NCBI GenBank assembly: GCA_030528085.1
Contig: JAUMZN010000001.1
Coordinates: 1-56,555, forward strand
Source: Erysipelotrichaceae bacterium
GTDB lineage: Bacteria > Bacillota_I > Bacilli_A > Erysipelotrichales > Erysipelotrichaceae
Reading direction: 5' to 3'
DNA: 56,555 nt
Below the pieces are notes generated by a model. That model did no database searches, was not told where the DNA came from, and saw only the letters and a list, made by a program, of their open reading frames with translations. This document shows positions 10,166 through 18,788 of the stretch, piece by piece (position 1 is the first letter of the stretch; each line of letters starts with the position of its first letter). Made by a program: the position numbers and the translations under genes.

Positions 10166-10240
10166 GAATGCGTAAAGATGATTCATAAAGCGCATTCAAA
10201 ACGGACAATGCAAGTTATAATTAAAGAAAAGGAGAAAGTT

Positions 10241-12190
10241 ATGGAAAACAATTATCCACATTTATTTTCGCCAATTCAAATTGGCAACAAAGTCGCAAAA
10301 AACCGCATTTTTATGCCTCCTCTCTCTACGAACTTAGGTGATCATGGCTATGTCACGGATGAGTTAGTAGAACACTATAAAGCAAGAGCAAAAGGCGGCG
10401 TCGGTTTATTTGTGACCGAAGTTGTAACCGTCGAACCAACTTATGTTTATTTACCTGGCGATATGTCAATCTATGATGATTCATTCATCGAAGGTTGGAA
10501 AAAACTAGTGGATGGTGTCCATGAATATGGTGCACTCATCTTGCCACAGTTATTCCATCCTGCTTATATGGCATTCCCAATTCCGGGCACACCACGCTTA
10601 ATCGCCCCATCTTTTGTTGGTCCATACTATGCAAAAGAAGCACCACGTCCTGTGACAAAAGAAGAATTAAAAGTCATTATCCATCAGTTTGGTCAAGCTG
10701 CTTTACGTGTGAAAAAAGCAGGTGGGGATGGTGTTGAAATCCACGCTGCTCATGCCCATGGCTTATTAGGTGGCTTCTTATCGCCACTTTACAATAAGCG
10801 AACAGATGAATACGGCGGTGATATTCATGGTCGTTTGCGATTGACTTTAGAAGTCATTGAAGAAGTTCGTAAAGTTTGCGGACCTGATTTCATCATCGAT
10901 GTCCGTATTTCTGGTGATGAATATACAGATGGCGGATTGAACATCAACGACATGATTTATGTTTCTAAACAACTTGAAAAAGCTGGCGTTGACATGCTTC
11001 ATGTTTCTGGCGGAACAACAATTGCCCGCGGAAGTTCAATTCCAGCTCCAGGAACAAAAATGGGATCTCACTCGGCATTGTCTGAAGAAATCAAAAAACA
11101 CGTCCATATTCCTGTGGCAACAGTTGGCCGCATCGTAGAACCATGGCTTGCTGAAGAATTAATCGCCAATGGCAAAGCAGATGCCTGCATGATTGGTCGC
11201 GCTAATCTTTGCGATCCAGAATTTGCCAATAAAGCAAAAGAAGGCAGAGAAGATGAAATTCGTCCATGCATCGGCTGCTTGCGTTGCTTAAATGGCATCA
11301 TGTTTGGCAAGCGAGTTTCTTGTACAATCAATCCTTCATTCGAATTAGAAAATGAAGATACTTTACAAGAAGCACCAGTCAAGAAAAATGTTTTAGTCAT
11401 CGGTGGAGGCGTTGCCGGTATGGAAGCTGCTTATGTAGCCCATAAAAAAGGTCACCATGTTGTTTTATGTGAAAAAGAAGATGAACTTGGTGGTTTGACT
11501 CGTTTAGCTGCCGTGCCAATTGGCAAGCAAGATTTAACAAAAGTCATTCAATTCATGAAACGCCGATTAGAACGCAATGGAATTGATGTTCGCTTGGATT
11601 GTCCAGTAACTTCAGAAATGTTAGCAAATGAATTTAAAGATTATGAAGTGATCGCATCAAGTGGCGCAAAACCAGTTGTGATCAACGCTTTTAATTCATT
11701 TAAACAAACGATGACAGCCGATGATATTTTAGCTGGTCGTGCATTCCCAGGTAGAAATATTGTGATCTTAGGTGGCGGCAGTGTGGGCTGCGAAACGGCA
11801 GATTACTTGGCTCCAATTGTCAATGACCGCTTCCCACGCAACCGTGTCATTACAGTCATTGAAATGATGGACGAAGTGATGATGAAAGAAAGTGGACCTG
11901 GCAGATCCCTTCTTGTTCAGCGCATGATGGCTAAAGGAATCAATATGATTTGTAAAGCAAAAGTCGATCGCGTAGAAGAAGATAAAATCTACTACACACA
12001 AAATGATGTGCAACATGTCATTGATGATGCAGATACATTAGTCTTTGCGACAGGATATCGTAGTGATCCAACAATCGAAGATATGCTCAAAGAAGCAGGA
12101 AATCCATATCATTTGATCGGAGATGCAAAACAAGCACGCACGATTAAAGATGCAATCTTCGAAGGATATGATGTCGCAAAACAAATTTAA
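10241..12190 (+). CDS. NADH:flavin oxidoreductase, Old Yellow Enzyme TIM barrel + 4Fe-4S + FAD/NAD domains (BaiCD/BaiH/FadH-like family)
   Basis: KNRIFMPP, EIHAAHAHG, NKRTDEYGG, CIGCLRC...C cluster, two GGG Rossmann motifs. ATG 10241 follows an AAGGAG SD. Confidence 0.9.
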   Translation: MENNYPHLFSPIQIGNKVAKNRIFMPPLSTNLGDHGYVTDELVEHYKARAKGGVGLFVTEVVTVEPTYVYLPGDMSIYDDSFIEGWKKLVDGVHEYGALILPQLFHPAYMAFPIPGTPRLIAPSFVGPYYAKEAPRPVTKEELKVIIHQFGQAALRVKKAGGDGVEIHAAHAHGLLGGFLSPLYNKRTDEYGGDIHGRLRLTLEVIEEVRKVCGPDFIIDVRISGDEYTDGGLNINDMIYVSKQLEKAGVDMLHVSGGTTIARGSSIPAPGTKMGSHSALSEEIKKHVHIPVATVGRIVEPWLAEELIANGKADACMIGRANLCDPEFANKAKEGREDEIRPCIGCLRCLNGIMFGKRVSCTINPSFELENEDTLQEAPVKKNVLVIGGGVAGMEAAYVAHKKGHHVVLCEKEDELGGLTRLAAVPIGKQDLTKVIQFMKRRLERNGIDVRLDCPVTSEMLANEFKDYEVIASSGAKPVVINAFNSFKQTMTADDILAGRAFPGRNIVILGGGSVGCETADYLAPIVNDRFPRNRVITVIEMMDEVMMKESGPGRSLLVQRMMAKGINMICKAKVDRVEEDKIYYTQNDVQHVIDDADTLVFATGYRSDPTIEDMLKEAGNPYHLIGDAKQARTIKDAIFEGYDVAKQI

Positions 12191-12205
12191 TGATGGAGAA
12201 AAAAT

Positions 12206-14212
12206 ATGAAATTATTAGATGAAAGCAAAGTCGGCAATCTGACTTTGAAAAACAGAATTATGTTTCCCCCTTTAACAACAGGCTATGAAGAAAGAGATGG
12301 CTCAATTGGCGAAAGAAGTTTTAATTTCTATACACGCCTAGCAAAAGGTGGGGCTGCATATGTTGTTTTAGGTGACGTTGCTCCAGTTAATACCGCTTCA
12401 CCAACGCCAAAACTTTGCGATGATCGCCAAATCCCTTCTTTTAAAAAATTAGCGGATGCGATGCATGAATACGACTGCAAAGTCGCATTGCAGCTATTCC
12501 ATCCAGAATATGATGTTCCAGGTGTCGGTAAGCTCATTATGGAATCAAGAATGGCCATGATGGCAGCCCAAAAAGCAAAAGAAGCAGGCGACATGGCAAC
12601 ATTTGGCGCAAAGATGGCCGAATCAAAAGAGAAAAGCGATGCCGCTTATGCTAAATTGCACCACGATATGAATTATTTCGTAACGGAAGCAACTCAAGAA
12701 CAATTAGATGCGATTAAAGATGCCATTGCCCAAAGCGCAAGACGCGCGATGGAAGCAGGTATTGATGCGATCGAAGTTCATGGGGACCGTTTATTAGGCT
12801 CATTATGCTCAACCCGTTTAAATCATCGTACTGACCACTACGGCGGAAGCTTAGAAAATCGTACGCGCTATGCATTAGAAGTCGTTGCCGCAATTAAAGA
12901 AGCAGCACCAACAATGATGGTGGAATATAAATTGCCATTTATTACAAAAAATGCGGATGGCAGCGATCGCGGTAAAGGCGGTTTAGATGAAGAAGATGGC
13001 ATCGAATTCGCAAAAATGTTAGAAAAAGCAGGCGTCGATATGATCCAAGTTGCCCAAGCGAACCATACCGGAAATATGGGGGATACGATTCCACCAATGG
13101 GCACTGTTCCTTATAACTGGACATTGCCAATTTGTCGAAAAGTAAAAGCAGCCGTCAATATTCCTGTCGCAACAGTTGGTCGAGTAGTGACATTAGATAA
13201 TGCGGAAACGATCTTAAATGATGGTGATGCGGATATCATTGGATTTGGCCGCTCATTACTGGCAGATCCAGATATCGCGCTAAAAGCAGCGCGCAATGAA
13301 CCAATTCGTGAATGCTTGAACTGCAACAAAGGATGCGTCGATGCCATTCAAGGACGTCGCTACATTTCTTGTATTTTGAATGCTGAAAATGGCGATGAAG
13401 GGACAATTTTCATCAAACCAGCTGCAGAAAAGAAAAATGTTGTGATTGTTGGAGCTGGTATTGCCGGTCTTGAAGCAGCTAGAGTTGCCGCTATTCGTGG
13501 ACATCATGTGGATCTTTATGAAAAAGAAGATCACATCGGCGGACAAATCAACATTGCCGCTAAACCACCAAGAAAAAATGAAATTTTACGTTCAATCGAA
13601 TACTTCGAAAAAATTCTGCCAACACTTGGCGTGAACATCCACCTCAATAGCGAATGCACAAAAGAAATCATGAATGCTGCAGATGCAGTGATTTGTGCAA
13701 TTGGTGCTCACGATTTTGCATTGCCAATTCCAGGAGCTGATGGCAAAAACGTCGTTTCAAGCTGGGATGTATTAGCTGGCAAAGTAGATGTGAAAGGACA
13801 TTGTGCAGTCATTGGCGGTGGCCTTGTTGGAACAGAAACAGCTGAATTCTTATTAGAACAAGGATGCCAAGTTTCCATTATTGAAATGATGGATAAAATT
13901 GCCAACGGTGAATCCGCAACGATTTTGCCAATCATCATGCACGATTTTAAAGATCATGATGTCAAACAATACGTCAATACGAAAGTAAACCGCATCGAAG
14001 GCAATACAATCCATGCCACAAATACAGCAGACAATACTGATCTAGAAATCGAATGTGATATGGTCGTTATGGCTGTTGGATCCAAGAAAAATACATTGGA
14101 TGTTGAAGGTGTAGAAACACCAATTTGTTATGTCGGCGATTGCTCTGGGGAAAGAACTGCAAGCATTGCTGAAGCAGTTCGCTCTGGCTATCATGCCGCA
14201 AATGAAATTTAA
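12206..14212 (+). CDS. bilR: Bilirubin reductase BilR (long, three-domain form), OYE/Fe-S flavoenzyme
   Basis: Active-site HGDR motif (EVHGDRL, nt 12779-12790) in place of the OYE HxxH/N-x-Y; FHPEYD...LHHDM; CLNCNKGC...C; GAGIAG and GGGLVG. Confidence 0.82.
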   Translation: MKLLDESKVGNLTLKNRIMFPPLTTGYEERDGSIGERSFNFYTRLAKGGAAYVVLGDVAPVNTASPTPKLCDDRQIPSFKKLADAMHEYDCKVALQLFHPEYDVPGVGKLIMESRMAMMAAQKAKEAGDMATFGAKMAESKEKSDAAYAKLHHDMNYFVTEATQEQLDAIKDAIAQSARRAMEAGIDAIEVHGDRLLGSLCSTRLNHRTDHYGGSLENRTRYALEVVAAIKEAAPTMMVEYKLPFITKNADGSDRGKGGLDEEDGIEFAKMLEKAGVDMIQVAQANHTGNMGDTIPPMGTVPYNWTLPICRKVKAAVNIPVATVGRVVTLDNAETILNDGDADIIGFGRSLLADPDIALKAARNEPIRECLNCNKGCVDAIQGRRYISCILNAENGDEGTIFIKPAAEKKNVVIVGAGIAGLEAARVAAIRGHHVDLYEKEDHIGGQINIAAKPPRKNEILRSIEYFEKILPTLGVNIHLNSECTKEIMNAADAVICAIGAHDFALPIPGADGKNVVSSWDVLAGKVDVKGHCAVIGGGLVGTETAEFLLEQGCQVSIIEMMDKIANGESATILPIIMHDFKDHDVKQYVNTKVNRIEGNTIHATNTADNTDLEIECDMVVMAVGSKKNTLDVEGVETPICYVGDCSGERTASIAEAVRSGYHAANEI

Positions 14213-14239
14213 GGTTTCATTTTAATTTGATCTAAATAC

Positions 14240-14276
14240 AAAGATGTCTAGTTTGGTCTTGCTAGACATCTTTTTT
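14240..14276 (+). terminator. Terminator of the OYE/bilR operon
   Basis: AAAGATGTCTAG / CTAGACATCTTT followed by T-run. Confidence 0.85.
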
Positions 14277-14329
14277 CGCTTTTTGACAAAATTGAAACCC
14301 AAAAATGATTTGATCAATAGTATCAAATA

Positions 14330-14345
14330 CGTGAATAAAATCACG
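14330..14345. promoter_or_regulatory. Rex-box-like palindrome upstream of ackA
   Basis: CGTGAATAAAATCACG matches the GTGA-N6-TCAC core of the Rex operator and lies upstream of a fermentation gene. Confidence 0.45.
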
Positions 14346-14544
14346 AATTCGAGATTGTGAATGAATTATTTTCATGAACAATGAAATCGATTCGCTTATA
14401 GTTTTTCAAAAAGAGTGCACACGAACAGATTGTTTAAAAATCGACTAAATTTCACAAGAAAAGAATAGGAAAATTTGGTCAGATCATGAAATAGCGGTAA
14501 ACTGTTTACGAACAAAATAGAAGAAGAGGAGTATTTAAAGAGTT

Positions 14545-15738
14545 ATGGCTATTGTTATGTCCGTTAATGCCGGAAGTTCATCCTTGAAATTTCAGGTTTA
14601 CGAAATGCCAGAAGAAAAAGTTTTGGCAAAAGGTTTAGTAGAAAGAATCGGTCTTACTGACGGTGTTTTCACAATTAAAATCAATGGTGAAAAATTCAGC
14701 GAAACTACAGATATCCCAAATCATGAAGTCGCTGTTCAAATGTTAATCGACAATTTATTAAAACATCACGTTGTTAGCGATTTAGCTGATATTAAAGCAG
14801 TTGGACACCGCTTAGTCCACGGTGGTGAATTCTATGCAGATTCCGTTGTTGCGACAGCAGATGCAGTCGCAAAAGTTGAAGAATGCATCCCTCTAGCACC
14901 ATTGCACAACCCAGCTGGATTAACTGGATACCGTACATTTGACAAAGCACTTCCAAATGCAGTGCACACATTCGTTTTCGATACAGCATTCCATCAAACG
15001 ATGCCAGCTGAAAGCTATATCTATCCAATTCCTTACGAATATTATGAAAAAGATCATATCCGTCGTTATGGTTTCCACGGTACAAGCCACAGATATTTAA
15101 CATTACGTTTAGCTGAAATGTTAAATAAAAAACCAGAAGAAATGAACATGATCACTTGCCACTTAGGAAATGGCGCTTCCATCACAGCAATCAAAAACGG
15201 TAAATCCTTCAAAACATCTATGGGATTAACACCACTTGCAGGGGTGATGATGGGTACACGTTCTGGTGATATCGACCCAGCAATTCCAGGTGTATTAATG
15301 GAAAAATATGGCTACACAGCTAAAGAAATGGATGACATTTTAAATAAAAAATCGGGATTACTCGGTGTTTCCGGCATTTCAAGCGACAGCCGTGACATTG
15401 AAAACGCAGTTGAAGAAGGCAACGAACGTGCAATCTTAACTCGTGATTTATTCAATGCACGTGTTATTGAAACTGTAGCAGGTTACTACGGCTTAATGGG
15501 TGGGGCTGATGCCATCGTATTTGCGGGTGGTATCGGTGAAAACGCACCAGACGCTCGTGCTGCTATTATTGATGGCTTAAGCGTACTTGGTGTTGAATTA
15601 GACCGCGAAGTAAACAACTGCCGTGGAAAAGAAGTTAAAATTTCTACTCCAGAATCCAAAATTGCAGTTTATGTCATCCCAACAGATGAAGAAGTTATGT
15701 TAGCTCGTGACGCTTATAAAAATTTACAAAATGCATAA
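14545..15738 (+). CDS. ackA: Acetate kinase
   Basis: NAGSSSLKF, GHRLVHGG, APLHNP, FDTAFH, RYGFHGTSH, CHLGNGAS, PTDEE. Confidence 0.98.
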   Translation: MAIVMSVNAGSSSLKFQVYEMPEEKVLAKGLVERIGLTDGVFTIKINGEKFSETTDIPNHEVAVQMLIDNLLKHHVVSDLADIKAVGHRLVHGGEFYADSVVATADAVAKVEECIPLAPLHNPAGLTGYRTFDKALPNAVHTFVFDTAFHQTMPAESYIYPIPYEYYEKDHIRRYGFHGTSHRYLTLRLAEMLNKKPEEMNMITCHLGNGASITAIKNGKSFKTSMGLTPLAGVMMGTRSGDIDPAIPGVLMEKYGYTAKEMDDILNKKSGLLGVSGISSDSRDIENAVEEGNERAILTRDLFNARVIETVAGYYGLMGGADAIVFAGGIGENAPDARAAIIDGLSVLGVELDREVNNCRGKEVKISTPESKIAVYVIPTDEEVMLARDAYKNLQNA

Positions 15739-16666
15739 TTTTGAAATTTTCAAACAACTATTAGCCGCAATCGAAGCTGCACCAATCATCACGCTGTTTC
15801 GTCACGTCAATCCTGATCCCGATGCCTATGGATCACAACTCGCTTTAAAAGAGTGGATTCAATATGCCTATCCAAATAAGCAAGTCTATGCATTAGGAGA
15901 AGGTGAACGCAGTAGTGAAATGGATGAAGTTGACGATCAAACAATCGCTAATTCTTTAGCGATTGTGACTGACACCGCAAATCGTGAACGAATTGATGAT
16001 CAGCGTTATACACTCGCAAAACAAATTGCGCGCATCGACCATCATCTTCGCGTAGATGATTTTGGTGACCTCGATTTAGTTGAAGTCAGCGCATCGGCTA
16101 CTTGTGAAATCCAAGCTTTGATGTTTAAACAAGCCGGTCTGACCATTGGTCAAAAAGCTGCCCAAGAACTGCTGCAAGGATTAATGGCAGACTCACAACG
16201 ATTTACGATCACAACCGTTCGTGCGCAATCGTTTGAAGCTGCTGCATGGTTGATGGAACAACAAGCAAACCCTCAGCAAGCCGCTAAATTCTTGTTTAGC
16301 AGAGATTATTCAACATTTGAAATCTCCGCTTTGATCGCTAATCAGGCAGTGAAAAGAGGAGCTTTCTTATTCAGCGTGTTGAGTCAGAAAGATTATTTAT
16401 CTCGTGGTGTCTCTTTTGAAACCGCAAAAAGCCAAGTCAATGCTTTAAACAACATCAAAGGCATTATGATTTGGGCATTGTTTACCCAACAGCCTGATGG
16501 CCTATATTCAGCATCACTTCGTTCAGCGAAAGTAGCAATTAATGAACTCGCCAATCAATATGGTGGCGGCGGTCATCAACAAGCATGTGGTATCAAAAAC
16601 TTAGATGTGCGCCAGCTTACTTCTTTAATCGAACAGCTTGAACAACTTGCTCAAAGCGAAATGTAA
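15731..16666 (+). CDS. nrnA: DHH/DHHA1 phosphoesterase (NrnA-type nanoRNase/pAp phosphatase)
   Basis: RHVNPDPDA, IDHH, SLRS, GGGGH. ATG 15731 overlaps the end of ackA. Confidence 0.85.
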   Translation: MHNFEIFKQLLAAIEAAPIITLFRHVNPDPDAYGSQLALKEWIQYAYPNKQVYALGEGERSSEMDEVDDQTIANSLAIVTDTANRERIDDQRYTLAKQIARIDHHLRVDDFGDLDLVEVSASATCEIQALMFKQAGLTIGQKAAQELLQGLMADSQRFTITTVRAQSFEAAAWLMEQQANPQQAAKFLFSRDYSTFEISALIANQAVKRGAFLFSVLSQKDYLSRGVSFETAKSQVNALNNIKGIMIWALFTQQPDGLYSASLRSAKVAINELANQYGGGGHQQACGIKNLDVRQLTSLIEQLEQLAQSEM

Positions 16667-16678
16667 AATAGATTTATT

Positions 16679-16712
16679 CTCTCCAGGTTAAGTTAACTTG
16701 GAGAGTTTTTTT
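16679..16712 (+). terminator. Terminator of ackA-nrnA
   Basis: CTCTCCAGGTT / AACTTGGAGAG followed by T7. Confidence 0.8.
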
Positions 16713-16912
16713 GTCTGTGGACATTACTAATTTTTTGATGAAGTATTGGAGGAGTTTTGTATTCGTTTGATTGATAAAAAAGCGAGGACCCAATGAAGTG
16801 ATGACAGATTGATAGAAGTTGATGCTTCAGGTATCACCTATATGGAAATACAGTCAGAAAACAACAAATTAAGAATGTTATTTCAGTATGAAAATTACGA
16901 AAAAACATAATC

Positions 16913-16962
16913 AAAAAAGCAGAGGAGAATCACAATTTCACGATTCTCTTCTGCCTTTTTTT
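16913..16962. terminator. Bidirectional-type terminator
   Basis: A-run, GCAGAGGAGAATC / GATTCTCTTCTGC, T-run. Confidence 0.75.
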
Positions 16963-17031
16963 ATATGAAAAAACTCTAATTTTTACGATTCCTATGCGCC
17001 ATAATTCAAGTCTTAATAGGACTAAAAATAA

Positions 17032-17060
17032 TTGACAAAGTATGCGGGGGGGGGTAGATT
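17032..17060 (+). promoter_or_regulatory. Sigma-A promoter with G9 homopolymer in the spacer (phase-variable)
   Basis: TTGACA (17032-37), 17-bp spacer containing G9 (17046-54), TAGATT (17055-60). Confidence 0.75.
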
Positions 17061-17120
17061 GAAATTAAATATTCAAGACGTAAACCAAGTGTTGAATACT
17101 AAAAGAAAGAAGGGATAAAT

Positions 17121-18788
17121 ATGAAAACAAAACACAAAAAATTGAGTTTACTCTTATCACTTAGCATGCTTATGAGCGTATCACCAACGATGGTATTCGC
17201 GGAAGATTTTACTTCGGAAGAGGTATTGACAGAGAATGCTGCAGATCATTTTGCGGCGAATGAGGAGATCGGACGCCCTATCCCAGACGATGTACCCGTT
17301 GTTTATGATGTAGAAGAGGACGAATTATCCGTTGTGGCAGAACCTCCTTATCTTGGGTCAGGGACACAGAATGATCCTTATATTGTAGACATTGCTACCG
17401 ACGGCGACTTTAAAGCATTTAGAACATGGTGTGAAGTATATCGTGATAACCGTTATTTTAAAGTTACTTTGAAGGACAATCTTGATCTTAGTTCACTTAC
17501 CCCACCTAGTGAGTGGAAGGGATACTTGAATTTCTTTATGGGAACATTTGATGGTGGTGGATTCACGATCAGTGGTATCCCTGAGAACTGTTATTTGTTC
17601 TACCAAATCCACAATGCTGATATTGGCAACTTTAAGCTGGATTTGAATGGAGTTGCTGGATCACTGATGTATTATACATTCCGCATCAATAAAAGAGATG
17701 GAAGCATTGAATGGGGTAAAAACAGACTGCATGATATTGACGTAGTTTCAGATACCACGATCCAGCTTGCTGGCAATAATCAAGCAAACTATGCGCCATT
17801 TATGTTTGCTGCAGGTTCTTATTTCACTATGCAGAACTGCAATAACTATGCAAATATTAGCGGCGATACTTACGCTGCAGTATTCTCAGGATATTATCCA
17901 CTACCTGCTACTGGTTATCCATCGGATAGTTACTTTAAGTTCATTGATTGTGAAAATCATGGCGATGTTACTCTCCGATATGCTGGTTTGTTCTTTGGTA
18001 ATCCTACTGGACTTCGTGCAGATCGTAATATCACTTTCGAAGGTGTAAAGAATTATGGTGCAATCCGTGGCATTGAATCCTCACACTTCTTTAGTTCTGA
18101 TGCAGGTGCCAATGACTACTTCACTGGTACAGGTTATTTCAGTGAGCAAGAAAATTTTTTGGACCCAAAGGATGAAAAAGGAAATTTCACCACTGAAAAT
18201 AATCCAATGCGACAGAAATGTGAAGGCGATTGTGTTCGCAAAGATCCTCATTATGGGACTTTATTCAAGAATCAAGAGGTTTCTGGTTTAAAGGTTCGAC
18301 TCTCTTCTGATGGAAAAGGCTATCAAGTGATTGTACCTGAAAACGCAAATCCAAATTATAAATATATTGTTAATGCATATTGTTATGTTTCTATATTTTT
18401 GATCCAGAAGGACTCAGATAATAATGAAATTTTGGTTCCTGATGGGACTACGCGTATCACAATGTCTGAAGAAGTTACGGTTGGCAACCAATACACCACT
18501 TCTAGAGTAAAAAACGCTAAACTTCACAACGATCCGACGTTACCTATTGGAATGCCTGCTGGTTGTCGAATTTTAGATTTGTCTCAATGTTTGTATTTCT
18601 GTCCAACGTCTGGTCAAAATTATGGCTATTGGATAAATTCTAACGATGTTTACAATGGGACTCATCGTATCTATGTCAGTCATAATCAAGAACCAAGCTC
18701 TATGGATTGGTCTGTTTATGTCTCTGTTTATGAAGGAAATAAATTGGTTGATATTGCTGTTCTCGATCGACAGGAAGTGACTCAATAA
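17121..18788 (+). CDS. Secreted protein with GLUG/ZmpB-like beta-helix region, no visible anchor
   Basis: Sec signal peptide ending VFA, acidic linker, GSGTQNDPYIV and FMGTFDGGGFTISG motifs, CxNxxxV/I repeats. Confidence 0.7.
   Translation: MKTKHKKLSLLLSLSMLMSVSPTMVFAEDFTSEEVLTENAADHFAANEEIGRPIPDDVPVVYDVEEDELSVVAEPPYLGSGTQNDPYIVDIATDGDFKAFRTWCEVYRDNRYFKVTLKDNLDLSSLTPPSEWKGYLNFFMGTFDGGGFTISGIPENCYLFYQIHNADIGNFKLDLNGVAGSLMYYTFRINKRDGSIEWGKNRLHDIDVVSDTTIQLAGNNQANYAPFMFAAGSYFTMQNCNNYANISGDTYAAVFSGYYPLPATGYPSDSYFKFIDCENHGDVTLRYAGLFFGNPTGLRADRNITFEGVKNYGAIRGIESSHFFSSDAGANDYFTGTGYFSEQENFLDPKDEKGNFTTENNPMRQKCEGDCVRKDPHYGTLFKNQEVSGLKVRLSSDGKGYQVIVPENANPNYKYIVNAYCYVSIFLIQKDSDNNEILVPDGTTRITMSEEVTVGNQYTTSRVKNAKLHNDPTLPIGMPAGCRILDLSQCLYFCPTSGQNYGYWINSNDVYNGTHRIYVSHNQEPSSMDWSVYVSVYEGNKLVDIAVLDRQEVTQ

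Noticed and set aside
10109-10240. N-terminal extensions in the ORF track (also smc 5735, serC 36440, relA 41139, rplU 26390, miaB 51480)
   Set aside because: Downstream ATGs have clear SD sequences and match family N-termini.
10241-14212. bai (bile acid 7-dehydroxylation) operon
   Set aside because: No baiB/A/E/F/G neighbours, and the HGDR motif points to BilR instead.
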